Translations under genes and position numbers: made by a program | Shown here: in pieces, positions 27,953 to 37,214 of the stretch | Position numbering within the stretch: position 1 is the first letter of the stretch | Layout of the letters: every line of letters begins with the position of its first letter | Notes under the pieces: generated by a model | Told to the model about the DNA's origin: nothing | Database searches by the model: none | What the model saw: only the letters and a program-made list of their open reading frames with translations | Assembly (NCBI GenBank): GCA_964594755.1 | Contig: CAZQMO010000001.1 | Span: forward strand, 169-64,168 | Source of the DNA: an uncultured Candidatus Saccharibacteria bacterium | GTDB lineage: Bacteria > Patescibacteriota > Doudnabacteria > UBA920 | Length of the DNA: 64,000 nucleotides | Direction of reading: 5' to 3'

Positions 27953-28369
27953 ATGAACCAGAAGATTGTTGCTATTGGAAGGATCAAGGGCTCAGAAAAG
28001 AGCTTGGAGATCGACAGGCTTTGGTTTTCGCAGGATGAAGACGCTCAGAAAATTCATTTGAGCGATCGTCAAATGCGGCTGCTTGTGGCGCATTTGTGCC
28101 CGGGGCCGTCGGCAGAAAAGCCGTGTAATTTTTGTGAAGAAGAGATTTACCTGCTTCATGCCCACATTGCTGACTGCCGTTTCTGCCGTTCCAAAATGCA
28201 AGCGCTTCTGTCTTCTGAGGACCCGAACGGTCCCGAAGATCGCCGCGAGGACTTGCTGCAGGAAGAAGTTGAGATGCTCCACATCTCAACACCTCCTGAG
28301 CGTGACTTCACAGGATTGTCCGGGCTTCATTTGATCGATGAGCCTGATGTTTTATTCATCGCGGATTAG
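27953..28369 (+). CDS. small Cys-rich protein with ZAS-type (H-x3-C-x2-C) anti-sigma-factor-like zinc motif, on a GC-rich islet
   Basis: Strong SD GAGGAGG 7 nt before the ATG. AHIADCRFC gives H-x3-C-x2-C, with additional Cys pairs. Local GC is clearly above the genome background. Confidence 0.45.
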   Translation: MNQKIVAIGRIKGSEKSLEIDRLWFSQDEDAQKIHLSDRQMRLLVAHLCPGPSAEKPCNFCEEEIYLLHAHIADCRFCRSKMQALLSSEDPNGPEDRREDLLQEEVEMLHISTPPERDFTGLSGLHLIDEPDVLFIAD

Positions 28370-28403
28370 CTTTAAAACACCAGCTGTAACTTAGCTGGTG
28401 CTT

Positions 28404-29495
28404 TTATTTTATTTGGCTTTCCAAATATTTTTCTACAAAATTATCGAGCTCACCATCGAGCACTTTATCGGGATCGCTTTCCTCGTAATCCGTACGGTGG
28501 TCCTTTACCATTTTGTAAGGGTGAAGCACATAAGAACGGATTTGATTCCCCCACTCCGCGGATTTAAACTCGCCGCGGAGTTCTTTTTTTTCTGCAGCTA
28601 ACTTTTCGTCCTCCAAGGCTTGTAGTTTGCCAAGCAAGATTTTCATAGCCAGCTCTTTGTTTTGATGCTGGCTACGCTCGTTCTGAATGCTGACCCGAAT
28701 GCCTGTAGGCTTATGAGTAATCCTGATCGCGCTATATGTAGTGTTAACGCTCTGTCCGCCATGACCAGATGATGTGTTGGCCTCAATTTCTAAATCTTTT
28801 GGGTCCAGCTTAACGCTTTCTTGTTCAGCTAATTCTGGAATCAGTTCTAATAATGCAAAAGAAGTTTCGCGAGTGTGTGCAGGATTGAATGGCGATAATC
28901 TCACTAAGCGGTGAACTCCAGCTTCACTTTTAAATAATCCATACGCATGTGGTCCTTTAACATGGACAGTTACAGATTTAATCCCTGCTTCACTACCTTT
29001 GCTTTGATCTAGAATTTCAGTTTTAAGATTATGCTTTTCGGCGTAACGTAAATATTGACGAAGCAAGATCTCAGTCCAGTCTTGCGCATCAGTACCACCA
29101 GCTCCGGCATGGATTGCGAAAATTGCGTTATGATCGTCGTACTTCCCAGACATCATCACCATGAGCTGGTTTTGATGGAAAGCGTCTTCTAATTCTTTTA
29201 CCTGAGCTTCTAAATACTTTTCGGTTTCTGTTGAGTGATCAGTGTTGCTTCGTATAAGTTCTTTTGTTTCGGCAATTTTATTATCAATGTTGTTCCAAAA
29301 GTCCACAAAGGTTTTGAGGTCATTATACTCTTGGGAAATTTGTTGTGCTGAATCCGAATCATTCCAAAAATCCTGAGCTTGCATCTTGTCTTCTAATTCC
29401 AGGATTTTTTGCTGCTTCTGCTCTAGGTTAAGTTTGTCTGTAAGATTTTTGGCCACGTTAGCAAGTTCTTCCAGCCGTTTGATAAGTTCATTCAT
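28404..29495 (-). CDS. prfB: peptide chain release factor 2 (single ORF, no programmed frameshift)
   Basis: SPF tripeptide (RLSPFNPAH). GGQ motif (GHGGQSVNTT). The N-terminus is in frame. Confidence 0.9.
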   Translation of the reverse strand: MNELIKRLEELANVAKNLTDKLNLEQKQQKILELEDKMQAQDFWNDSDSAQQISQEYNDLKTFVDFWNNIDNKIAETKELIRSNTDHSTETEKYLEAQVKELEDAFHQNQLMVMMSGKYDDHNAIFAIHAGAGGTDAQDWTEILLRQYLRYAEKHNLKTEILDQSKGSEAGIKSVTVHVKGPHAYGLFKSEAGVHRLVRLSPFNPAHTRETSFALLELIPELAEQESVKLDPKDLEIEANTSSGHGGQSVNTTYSAIRITHKPTGIRVSIQNERSQHQNKELAMKILLGKLQALEDEKLAAEKKELRGEFKSAEWGNQIRSYVLHPYKMVKDHRTDYEESDPDKVLDGELDNFVEKYLESQIK

Positions 29496-29541
29496 TGCTT
29501 AATTATACGCGAAATTTAGATATAAAAAAATGGCCGCAGAA

Positions 29542-30066
29542 TTAGTTTCTGCGGCGCTCGTATATCACGAAGGAAAAGGGAATCTTAGCGTCCAAGTGAT
29601 TTTCTCGCCAGGTTTCCTTCCAGATTTTCATATCCAGATCAGGGTAATACCTCACCCGGTCTTTGCCAGAGATATCAGATTCAATTCCAACTTCTGTAGC
29701 GTAGATGCGATTGGTAAATTCCAAGCCGTCGGTATAGACCCGCTGACCCCCGGTAAAGAAGATGTCACGTTTGCCCCATGCCGCGTTGTATTTGATCGCG
29801 TCAAAAGCTTCGGGAATTGAACGAGCGACGATTATGCTGTCGGGAATTTCCGTAATGCCCCCTGTTGTGGTAAGAACGACATTAAGCCTGTCGGGTAATG
29901 GTCGGTATTGGGCAGGAATAGAAGTATAGGTTTCCTTTCCCATTACACAAACATTGCCGACAGTTTTTTCCTTAAAATATCTCATGTCCTCTGGGATTCT
30001 CCAGAGGAGCTCGTTGTCTGCGCCGATAACTCGGTTTTTATCGTACGCAACAATTTGGTTAATCAT
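29542..30066 (-). CDS. folA: dihydrofolate reductase
   Basis: MINQIVAYDKNRVIGADNELLWRIPEDMRYFKEKT. Confidence 0.9.
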   Translation of the reverse strand: MINQIVAYDKNRVIGADNELLWRIPEDMRYFKEKTVGNVCVMGKETYTSIPAQYRPLPDRLNVVLTTTGGITEIPDSIIVARSIPEAFDAIKYNAAWGKRDIFFTGGQRVYTDGLEFTNRIYATEVGIESDISGKDRVRYYPDLDMKIWKETWRENHLDAKIPFSFVIYERRRN

Positions 30067-30075
30067 AATCCCCTC

Positions 30076-30939
30076 CTATACCGCCACAGGCGCTTCAATT
30101 TTTCCGTAGGGATCGTATCCGTTTAGTTGGATGTTTTCCCATTTGAACCCAAGCAGGCCCTCCAGACCTTTGCCGATTAGATGGTCAGCATTCACAAATT
30201 CTAAAGTTGGGAGTGCCCGGGGCGTTCTGGACAAGATTTCATCCACCGCTTTCATGTGGTTGCTGTAGATGTGCGCATCGCCAAAAGTGTGGATGAACTT
30301 TCTTGGTTTCATGCCCATTACATGTGCGATCATGCAAGTTAGCAGAGCATATGATGAAATGTTGAATGGCACGCCCAGAAAAAAGTCTGCACTTCTTTGA
30401 TACAACTTGCAGGATAAATGCTGCTCGGCGTCTATTTGATCAACTTTGAATTGGAATAGAGTGTGGCAAGGCGGAAGCGCGACATTGTCTGCTTCTTTGG
30501 GGTCCCATCCAGAGATGATGTGCCGCCGGGAGTTTGGGTTGTTTGCAAGATCATTCATGAGTCTTGCAATTTGGTCGAAACCATTTTTCTTGGGGTAATC
30601 TCCGCCAAAGCTTCTCCAGGTGTAGCCGTAGATTGCTCCAAGATCTCCCTCTTCTCGTCCGAATCGAGCGGTTTGTTCTGCGGTTGCCCATTCGTTCCAG
30701 ATCGTTACACCTTCCTCAAGCAGAGATTGATTGTCTGTTTTGCCTTGCAAGAACCACATCAGCTCTACAAAAATCCACCGAAGCGGAACCTTTTTGGTAG
30801 TCAGAATTGGAAAGTTTGTGCTGAGATCAAAGCTCATTTGAACCTCTCCAAACAGGGAGATTGTGCCAACCTTTGTTCTGTCGTCGTGGACGATGCCATC
30901 GCGTTTGATTTGCTTTAAAGCATCATGATATTGTTTCAT
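30076..30939 (-). CDS. thyA: thymidylate synthase (ThyA type)
   Basis: RRHIISGWDP and the active-site PPCH.LFQF.V. Confidence 0.9.
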   Translation of the reverse strand: MKQYHDALKQIKRDGIVHDDRTKVGTISLFGEVQMSFDLSTNFPILTTKKVPLRWIFVELMWFLQGKTDNQSLLEEGVTIWNEWATAEQTARFGREEGDLGAIYGYTWRSFGGDYPKKNGFDQIARLMNDLANNPNSRRHIISGWDPKEADNVALPPCHTLFQFKVDQIDAEQHLSCKLYQRSADFFLGVPFNISSYALLTCMIAHVMGMKPRKFIHTFGDAHIYSNHMKAVDEILSRTPRALPTLEFVNADHLIGKGLEGLLGFKWENIQLNGYDPYGKIEAPVAV

Positions 30940-31011
30940 ATTTTCCTCCAGTTTAAGCTTAAATTACTGAAATCAGCTTAAATGAAGTTAATGTTTGTGT
31001 CAAAATTCAGC

Positions 31012-31722
31012 TTAAAAAGAATTGTTTTTAAGGACGATTCTTCGGATTAATTCCCAGATTTTTACGTGGATTTCTTGAGGAGTTAGTAAGACACCATTTT
31101 CGGAACATTCTACTAATTTAGTATTTGGAAACAGCTCAGCGATTTCTAAATAAACTTGCTCGGCGCGTTTGAGATGGTCTAAATCAGTTTCGTGGAGATC
31201 AGGCACAGTACCCTTAGCCTTATTCCCCTGCTTCATCAGCTCTAAAGTCATTTCAACTGGGAGATGAAGAATTATGGTTAGGTCTGGTCGTGGAATATTA
31301 AAAGTGTTGTACTCCAGATGGTCTAGCCATTTAAAAAATTTGATTCGTTCTTGGGCATCAAAAATTTTTGCACCTTGGTGCCCAGCGTTGGATGTTACAT
31401 AACGGTTGGCTAAAACAATTTTCCCATCTTGTAAATGTTCACGAACAGAATAACTAGCATCAAACCGATCTACAGCGTACAAGATTGAAGCTGCTTCTGG
31501 ATTTAGTCGTCCATAAACACCTTTAAGGTAGTTGTCCAGTAGCGCACTGGAGACATTGGTGTACTGCGGGAAATCAAAAATCACGCCATCGTAATCATAA
31601 CTAGCCAGAGTCTCGGCTAATAATTTGACTTGAGTGGTTTTTCCGGTGCCGTCAGTACCTTCAATAACAATAAACTTTCCAGGTTCCACTTGTTTAGGTT
31701 GTGCTTCTTTCCAGATAGCCAT
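31012..31722 (-). CDS. tmk: thymidylate kinase-family (d)NMP kinase
   Basis: P-loop IVIEGTDGTGKTTQ and a DRY-like NRYVTSNAGHQG. Confidence 0.7.
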   Translation of the reverse strand: MAIWKEAQPKQVEPGKFIVIEGTDGTGKTTQVKLLAETLASYDYDGVIFDFPQYTNVSSALLDNYLKGVYGRLNPEAASILYAVDRFDASYSVREHLQDGKIVLANRYVTSNAGHQGAKIFDAQERIKFFKWLDHLEYNTFNIPRPDLTIILHLPVEMTLELMKQGNKAKGTVPDLHETDLDHLKRAEQVYLEIAELFPNTKLVECSENGVLLTPQEIHVKIWELIRRIVLKNNSF

Positions 31723-32312
31723 TAGCTAAATTTCATCCAAGAGTTATTGTTTTGAAAATTTTTATAATACTGTGAAGCTTGTGGCTTCATTGCACCGTAA
31801 TACTTACTACCAATTTGGTTAGCGCCATAAGGCACATCGGCTTTGCTGGAGAGCGGAGAGAATGATAACTGAGCAATTGGCATTTTGTAGTAAAGCTTAA
31901 TTGGCAATCCAGAAATGTTGTGTAGTTCCAAGGTCATTTTTAATTTATTTCCAGGATCCAAGTAACCAGCAGTGGCGTGAATAATTAATCCGATACGACC
32001 CAAGCTAGACTTTCCTTCTAAGCGGCCAACCATGGAATCGTTTACTCCCACCACCTCATAAGTTAAACCCAAAGCAAACTCACCCGGGTGAAGAATGAAT
32101 TGCTTGTCGTCATCAATTGTGACTTCGCGCATCATATCATCGATTGGCTGGGCAGGATCAATGAACGCGTGATAGGACGGATCAAAAACTAAGAAATCTG
32201 CTCCAAGGTGCAGGTCTACACTGGCCGGTTGGATAGCTCCAGGGAATAAGGGGTCCACAGTAATTGCCCCTGTGGACAGGGCTTTTTGGATATCTGCGTC
32301 TGAAAGGATCAT
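31722..32312 (-). CDS. dcd: dCTP deaminase (dUTPase superfamily)
   Basis: MILSDADIQKAL...IQPASVDLHLG at the N-terminus, as in Dcd. Confidence 0.8.
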   Translation of the reverse strand: MILSDADIQKALSTGAITVDPLFPGAIQPASVDLHLGADFLVFDPSYHAFIDPAQPIDDMMREVTIDDDKQFILHPGEFALGLTYEVVGVNDSMVGRLEGKSSLGRIGLIIHATAGYLDPGNKLKMTLELHNISGLPIKLYYKMPIAQLSFSPLSSKADVPYGANQIGSKYYGAMKPQASQYYKNFQNNNSWMKFS

Positions 32313-32403
32313 AGTTTTTTTAGTTTAATCTTTTCTATCTTACTATAATTATGGTCGCTTGCAAACTCCTTAAAAAGTGCTTATTTAAAACAAAAAACGC
32401 CAG

Positions 32404-32712
32404 CTAGCTGGCGTGTAAGGACTGTCGTTCGTAAGCTGGTTGATGCTGGGTTGAATGAGATCGTGTGTAAAAACGGTATCTGTCTAACTTGGGATAATAC
32501 GATTCCCCTAGCGCAGCTTTGCGTACGATCCGGCCAATGGTATGGCACTCAGGAGTGTCGCCAAATCTTTTGCAGTTTTTTAGGTAGTACAGCAGGTTTT
32601 TGGTGGCTAAGGCGGATGGGATGCCTCGCATACGTAGGTATTGCTTGGCGCGGCTTTTGTTATATCCCAAGACAGCTTTATAGATAATCTGTTTGCGTCG
32701 TACGTTATTCAT
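32404..32712 (-). CDS. hypothetical small basic protein (weak call)
   Basis: 102 aa, Arg/Lys/Tyr-rich. The hairpin cgccagctagctggcg overlaps its stop. Confidence 0.3.
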   Translation of the reverse strand: MNNVRRKQIIYKAVLGYNKSRAKQYLRMRGIPSALATKNLLYYLKNCKRFGDTPECHTIGRIVRKAALGESYYPKLDRYRFYTRSHSTQHQPAYERQSLHAS

Positions 32713-32778
32713 TGTCCCTCCTTACGGATACTAATTTTATCAGAAACCTGGCCGAGTTGGCAAAGAAAATCGCACCGA

Positions 32779-33435
32779 TCATGGATCGGTGCGAGTATGG
32801 TGTATCTTGGGATTGGCTTTGGATTTTATGAGCTTACGGAGCCTAAGTCTTGCTTTGTGGAGTTGGGATTTTGAAGTCCCTTCGCAGACCTTCATCAATC
32901 CTGCAACTTCAGTATGTTCAAAACCGAAGATGTCATGAAGTATAAACGTGTTTCTGTAGCCATCCGGAAGTTGCTTAATAGCACCATGCAATAATAGATG
33001 GTCTTCCACTAAGTTTCTCGTAGAATGGTGAACTTGCATTTGGATTTTCTCAGCGTAAGTGAGTTCTTCTTCAAGCTTCTCCTGTTTCACAAATCTTTTT
33101 CGAAAGTGCATCAGTACTTGATTAATGGTAACTCGATGCAGCCAGGTAGTGAAGGCTGAGTCGCCTCGGAATGACTTCAGTTTTCGATGAGCCTGAATAA
33201 AAACCTCCTGCGACAGATCTTCAGCGTCGGTTGGATCTTTCAACATGCATAAGCACAAGCCGTACACCCGCTTATGGTGGCGAAGATAGAGTTGTTCAAA
33301 TGCGTCAACATCTTCCTTCTGACCCACGAGTTTTACCAGCACTTCATCACTCAGTGTGGTATAGTCAACTGGCTCCAAAGATTCAATATTTTCAGAAATC
33401 ACCAGCTGGTTGACTGGGAAAGCAATCGTTGTCAT
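32779..33435 (-). CDS. ECF-type sigma-70 family RNA polymerase sigma factor
   Basis: Region 2 DAEDLSQEVFIQAHRKLKSFRGDSAFTTWLHRVTINQ. A region 4 HTH. The start is set at MTTIAF, preceded by AAGGAGG. The longer ORF extension is rejected. Confidence 0.8.
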   Translation of the reverse strand: MTTIAFPVNQLVISENIESLEPVDYTTLSDEVLVKLVGQKEDVDAFEQLYLRHHKRVYGLCLCMLKDPTDAEDLSQEVFIQAHRKLKSFRGDSAFTTWLHRVTINQVLMHFRKRFVKQEKLEEELTYAEKIQMQVHHSTRNLVEDHLLLHGAIKQLPDGYRNTFILHDIFGFEHTEVAGLMKVCEGTSKSQLHKARLRLRKLIKSKANPKIHHTRTDP

Positions 33436-33512
33436 GACTGTACCTCCTTTGGTTTGCCTAAGTATACCAAGACTAGAAACAAAAACAACCCCGTGGGGTT
33501 GTTTAGTTTTTA

Positions 33513-33673
33513 TTACCCCTGAGCGAACAACTCGGGCATAGCCAGAGTTGACGCGAAGCCTGGAGTCACGCAATGCGTGACGGAAGGGGTAAAAGAGATT
33601 TAACATTTTTTTGGCAATGACTGTCAAAGAAAATGTTAGTAGCCCGTCAGGGCGTACGGCGGAGCCGTAATAT
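33513..33673 (-). ncRNA. GC-rich structured untranslated region between rplA and the sigma-factor gene (candidate leader/ncRNA)
   Basis: Perfect palindrome gtcacgca-a-tgcgtgac plus further stems. The hairpin aaccccgtggggtt and a T-run sit at 33488-33512. There is no ORF. Confidence 0.3.
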
Positions 33674-34360
33674 CTACATCTTAAATTTGATTCCAGGACC
33701 CATAGTTGCATTCAAGGTCATCGTTTGAATGAACTGCTTTTTAACCGCAGCGGGTTTTGAAGCATGTAATGCTTCCATAAACTTTTTAAGGTTTTCTAGT
33801 ATTTGAGCTGAATCAAAACTGGTTTTACCGATAACTTGATGCACGTTCCCAGAGTTATCGTTCTTAAAGTTAACTTTACCACCAGCGATTTCTTTAATGG
33901 CACCACTGATGTTATCAGATACAGTACCAGTTTTTGGGTTAGGCATTAAGCCACGAGTTCCCAAAATTTTAGCAATGGTAGCCAGTTTTGGCATCAAGGC
34001 CGGTTCCGCAACAGCTACATCGAAATCAGTCTTCTCGGTTTCTTTAATCTTTTTGATTAATTCTTCACCACCAACGATTTCTGCACCAGCTGCTTTAGCT
34101 TCGGCTTCTTTGCCATCAGTTACGAACGCGGCAATCTTCTTAGTCTTACCTGTTCCGTGGGGCAACGTGACTGCACCACGAATGGCTTGATCAGTCTTCT
34201 TGGCATCAATAGCGGTATTAAGATGAACTTCTACTGAACCAACAAATTTAGTAGTAGCGGTTTTCTTAACCAATTCAATCGCCTCTTCGGCGGTGTAGAC
34301 TTTGGTTGGATCTACAACTTCGTGCGCAGCTTTTGCGCGTTTAGAAATTTTCATAAACAT
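33674..34360 (-). CDS. rplA: 50S ribosomal protein L1
   Basis: L1 family along the whole length. SD AAAGGA before the start. Confidence 0.9.
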   Translation of the reverse strand: MFMKISKRAKAAHEVVDPTKVYTAEEAIELVKKTATTKFVGSVEVHLNTAIDAKKTDQAIRGAVTLPHGTGKTKKIAAFVTDGKEAEAKAAGAEIVGGEELIKKIKETEKTDFDVAVAEPALMPKLATIAKILGTRGLMPNPKTGTVSDNISGAIKEIAGGKVNFKNDNSGNVHQVIGKTSFDSAQILENLKKFMEALHASKPAAVKKQFIQTMTLNATMGPGIKFKM

Positions 34361-34420
34361 TCCTTTAGTGGTCTGCCCCTTCGATAAACTCAGGGTCCCA
34401 CTTATTAATTATTATCCTTC

Positions 34421-34497
34421 CCCTCAGGAGGGCGAGGTTGGGTGGGGGTTTGTAAGTTATTAACCTCCCCTAGCCCCTCCTTAAAAGGAGGGGGAAA
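34421..34497 (-). promoter_or_regulatory. G/C-rich hairpin cascade element (family X, copy 1) in the rplA 5' UTR
   Basis: CCCCTCC-ttttaa-GGAGGGG hairpin, then alternating GGGGAGG and CCCCCACC tracts. Near-identical architecture to 41085-41165. Confidence 0.5.
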
Positions 34498-34836
34498 CTA
34501 AGCTTCTTTACGGGCCAACTTCCAGTGATAATAGAATACTGGAGCGGCAACAATAATCATCGCTAGAGCTTGAGCAGCATCGCGTTGCTTTTGAGCGCTA
34601 CGTTGGTCACGGGCGTATTCATCGTCAGTACATTCTCTTGGTTGTGAAATTTCTTCACCTTCAGGAGTTTTCTCTGCGATGACCGGACAGTAACCGTAGT
34701 AGTTCTGGTCAGCTTTTGGGAAGACCCAAGTCTTAAGCGCGAGGTTAATCAGGATGATGCTAGCGATTACAAGAATGACTAGTGAGATAAGTGATACTAA
34801 ATATAGATACACTTTCTTAATCCATGATAGATTCAT
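34498..34836 (-). CDS. small membrane protein inserted between rplK and rplA
   Basis: 112 aa with an N-terminal TM and a C-terminal TM. No family recognised. Confidence 0.5.
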   Translation of the reverse strand: MNLSWIKKVYLYLVSLISLVILVIASIILINLALKTWVFPKADQNYYGYCPVIAEKTPEGEEISQPRECTDDEYARDQRSAQKQRDAAQALAMIIVAAPVFYYHWKLARKEA

Positions 34837-34894
34837 GTTGAACTTTTCCTTTCGTCGTTTTTAGTCTGGAGCAAGTCCAGACTTGCAAACGACT

Positions 34895-34990
34895 GTGGCC
34901 AATTTCTTTGTCGCCAGCTGCGCTCCTCATTTTACGTACGTTTCAGTACGCTCCATTCCGGTGCTCGCTGGCTTCGCGAACTTGACCAAA
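34895..34990. repeat. intergenic repeat element (family R, copy 2) with hairpin cgtac-gtttca-gtacg
   Basis: Aligns with the 23440-23520 copy. Confidence 0.5.
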
Positions 34991-35052
34991 AGGACAAGTC
35001 CAAGATATTGATTTACTTACTTAGATTATACCTCTCTGGAAAGGAAAAGTAA

Positions 35053-35478
35053 CTAATCTTTGATTTCCACTCCCATGCTGCGCGCAGTACCGCGGATGAT
35101 TTTCTCAGCGGCGTCAATATCCACCGCGTTCAAATCTGGCATCTTAGTTTCTGCAATCTCTCTAACCTGAGCAGAGGTAATCTTCCCTACTTTGGTGGTT
35201 AACGGATTGCTAGAGCCTTTGGCTAGGCCAGCAGCTTTGCGAATTAATACAGAAGCTGGGGGAGTCTTTAAGATGAAGGTGAAAGACCGGTCTTCGTAGA
35301 TGGTCATTTCTACCGGAATAATCGTATCGCCCAACTGAGCAGTTTGATCGTTGAATGCTTTGGTAAAGTCCGCGATGTTAATACCATGCGGTCCGAGCGC
35401 TGTACCTACTGGTGGTGCTGGAGTTGCCTTACCGGCGGGAAGCTGAAGCTTCACCATTGACTTAACTTTTTTTGCCAT
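35053..35478 (-). CDS. rplK: 50S ribosomal protein L11
   Basis: [31 protein letters not shown]. Confidence 0.95.
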   Translation of the reverse strand: MAKKVKSMVKLQLPAGKATPAPPVGTALGPHGINIADFTKAFNDQTAQLGDTIIPVEMTIYEDRSFTFILKTPPASVLIRKAAGLAKGSSNPLTTKVGKITSAQVREIAETKMPDLNAVDIDAAEKIIRGTARSMGVEIKD

Positions 35479-35554
35479 TATCTTTAGTAGTAACCGTTAT
35501 TAGCGGCGAGATTCCAAGTCTTAACCGGAACCGACTACTTATTAATTAATTGTG

Positions 35555-36100
35555 TTAAACTTTTTTAACTTGTAAGAAATCTAGTTCAACTGGAGTTTCA
35601 CGGCCAAAGATAGTAACGAAAACTTTGACTTTACCTTTAGCTTTATCGATCTCTCCAATTTTACCTTCATAGTCTTTGAATGGTCCATCAGTGATTTGAA
35701 CCAGTTCGCCAACTTCGAAATCGACTTTAAACTTCGGTTCATCTGCGCCCATACGCTTCTGCAAATAATCCCATTCTTCTTGAGCTACTGGAGTTGGGAT
35801 GGTACCAGAACCGACGAAACCAGTTACGTTAGGAGTGTTTCGCACTACGTACCAAGAGTCATCAGTTACGATCATGTTTACTAGAACATAACCTGGAAAA
35901 ATCTTTTCTTCTACAGTAGTACGTTTGCCATCGCGAATTTTGATCTTTTTTTCTTTAGGCACAATCGCATCAAAGATCGTATCTTGCATATTCAAATTTT
36001 CGATACGCTGCTTGAGGTTAAGAGCTACGCTATCTTCGTAGCCGCTATAAGTGTGAAGCACATACCAATGCTTCTCACCAGTGACTTGTTGCTTAGACAT
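35555..36100 (-). CDS. nusG: transcription antitermination factor NusG
   Basis: WYVLHTYSGYE... is the NGN domain. A C-terminal KOW follows. Confidence 0.9.
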   Translation of the reverse strand: MSKQQVTGEKHWYVLHTYSGYEDSVALNLKQRIENLNMQDTIFDAIVPKEKKIKIRDGKRTTVEEKIFPGYVLVNMIVTDDSWYVVRNTPNVTGFVGSGTIPTPVAQEEWDYLQKRMGADEPKFKVDFEVGELVQITDGPFKDYEGKIGEIDKAKGKVKVFVTIFGRETPVELDFLQVKKV

Positions 36101-36103
36101 AGA

Positions 36104-36289
36104 TTATTGCTTGATGAGGGCTTCGAACCCTTTTAATAGACCGTAGTCTGCAGCGCCAAGGATGACAGCAACTACTAATGAGAATACGATAACGGTTAAA
36201 GTGTAACGGATAGCATCACGGCGACTTGGCCAGACAACTTTCCATAATTCGCTTTTCACTTCCTTAAAAAACAGGACGATTTTGTTCAT
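36104..36289 (-). CDS. secE: preprotein translocase subunit SecE
   Basis: 61 aa, single TM, and a conserved position upstream of nusG. Confidence 0.8.
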   Translation of the reverse strand: MNKIVLFFKEVKSELWKVVWPSRRDAIRYTLTVIVFSLVVAVILGAADYGLLKGFEALIKQ

Positions 36290-36395
36290 AATTGAAATTT
36301 AAGCTTTTTTAAAACCCGCTGCGGGGCTTTGCATAAATATTAGTATTTTCTGGGTAAAAAGTCAATAGACTTGACTAATATAACAGAATATTGCC

Positions 36396-36420
36396 AAATA
36401 ATAAAACCAGAGCCTGGGCT
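36396..36420 (-). terminator. terminator hairpin
   Basis: ccagagcctgggctctgg with flanking T-run. Confidence 0.5.
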
Positions 36421-36440
36421 CTGGTTTGGCAAGATTGCGC

Positions 36441-37094
36441 TCACGGTTTTGTAGCGCGAACTGGGTCATCTGTCATCTTCCCCCAACTCCACTCCTTATT
36501 GCGTTTAAAGGTGATGGCATTACCCATTTCCAATTCTGTTTTCTGGAAGAGTTTATGTTCGAACGGCTGACCAGTGGCTTTGGGGATAACTCTCAAAAAC
36601 AACCACTGGTTAAGAGTATCAAACAATTTGATTAACTCGGTGGTTTCGATGTGGTTAAATACCCGATATTCGTCTTTAGCGCGTTTGATCACGTAAGGTT
36701 TGGCTAAGTCGGTATCTGGTGCGAGCACTATATTTAGTCCCGCTTTTTTGGATTCGTTAACCAGAGTCTCGCCTTGGCCAAAGATTTCGTAACTTCTGTC
36801 TGGGAATAGGCGGATCACATAATACACGCCGTGTTGTTCCGTGCCTCGAAACTTAATGTGGTAAACTCCGGGATCTGGATGTTGCTTATCCAATTCCCAC
36901 TTGAGTATTCCTGAATATTTGTTTGGATCCTGCTGGTCGCGGTTACCGTCCCATTCTACGTTAAACCTAAGCATCCTTAGGCGGTAGTATGGTGCATAGC
37001 TTTGCGCTTGGGCAACCAGAGAAACGTTGGTAATTACTAAAAACAACCCGAAAACACTGTAAAGCCTCCTTAGCATGATGTTTCCCTCCTTCAC
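36441..37094 (-). CDS. secreted hypothetical protein
   Basis: Signal peptide. No motif. Confidence 0.45.
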   Translation of the reverse strand: MKEGNIMLRRLYSVFGLFLVITNVSLVAQAQSYAPYYRLRMLRFNVEWDGNRDQQDPNKYSGILKWELDKQHPDPGVYHIKFRGTEQHGVYYVIRLFPDRSYEIFGQGETLVNESKKAGLNIVLAPDTDLAKPYVIKRAKDEYRVFNHIETTELIKLFDTLNQWLFLRVIPKATGQPFEHKLFQKTELEMGNAITFKRNKEWSWGKMTDDPVRATKP

Positions 37095-37214
37095 TAACTA
37101 TACTCTTGGTGTAAACAGGCGGTCAAAGCAGTTGTGCACACCCTATTGCCAGAGTTGACAATAATCTAAAAAACCATCATAGGATTCACAGTTTCTAAAA
37201 TTGGAGGAAAATCT

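Noticed and set aside
28310-28325. GTCCGGGCT match to the RNase P RNA P4 motif in the GC-rich islet
   Set aside because: Other universally conserved RNase P blocks are absent, and the region has a convincing SD plus ORF.
27984-28334. Three additional ORFs (two on the minus strand, one on the plus strand) overlapping the ZAS-like gene
   Set aside because: They lie in a GC-rich patch where all frames stay open. They lack SD signals and overlap the frame with the strong SD and zinc motif.
28404-29495. Programmed +1 frameshift in prfB
   Set aside because: The N-terminal 25+ residues are in the same frame as the body. No CTT TGA shifty site is needed.
33436-33711. N-terminal 90-aa extension of the sigma-factor ORF
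   Set aside because: It runs through rplA's stop region and a GC-rich structured segment. A strong SD precedes the internal Met (MTTIAF).
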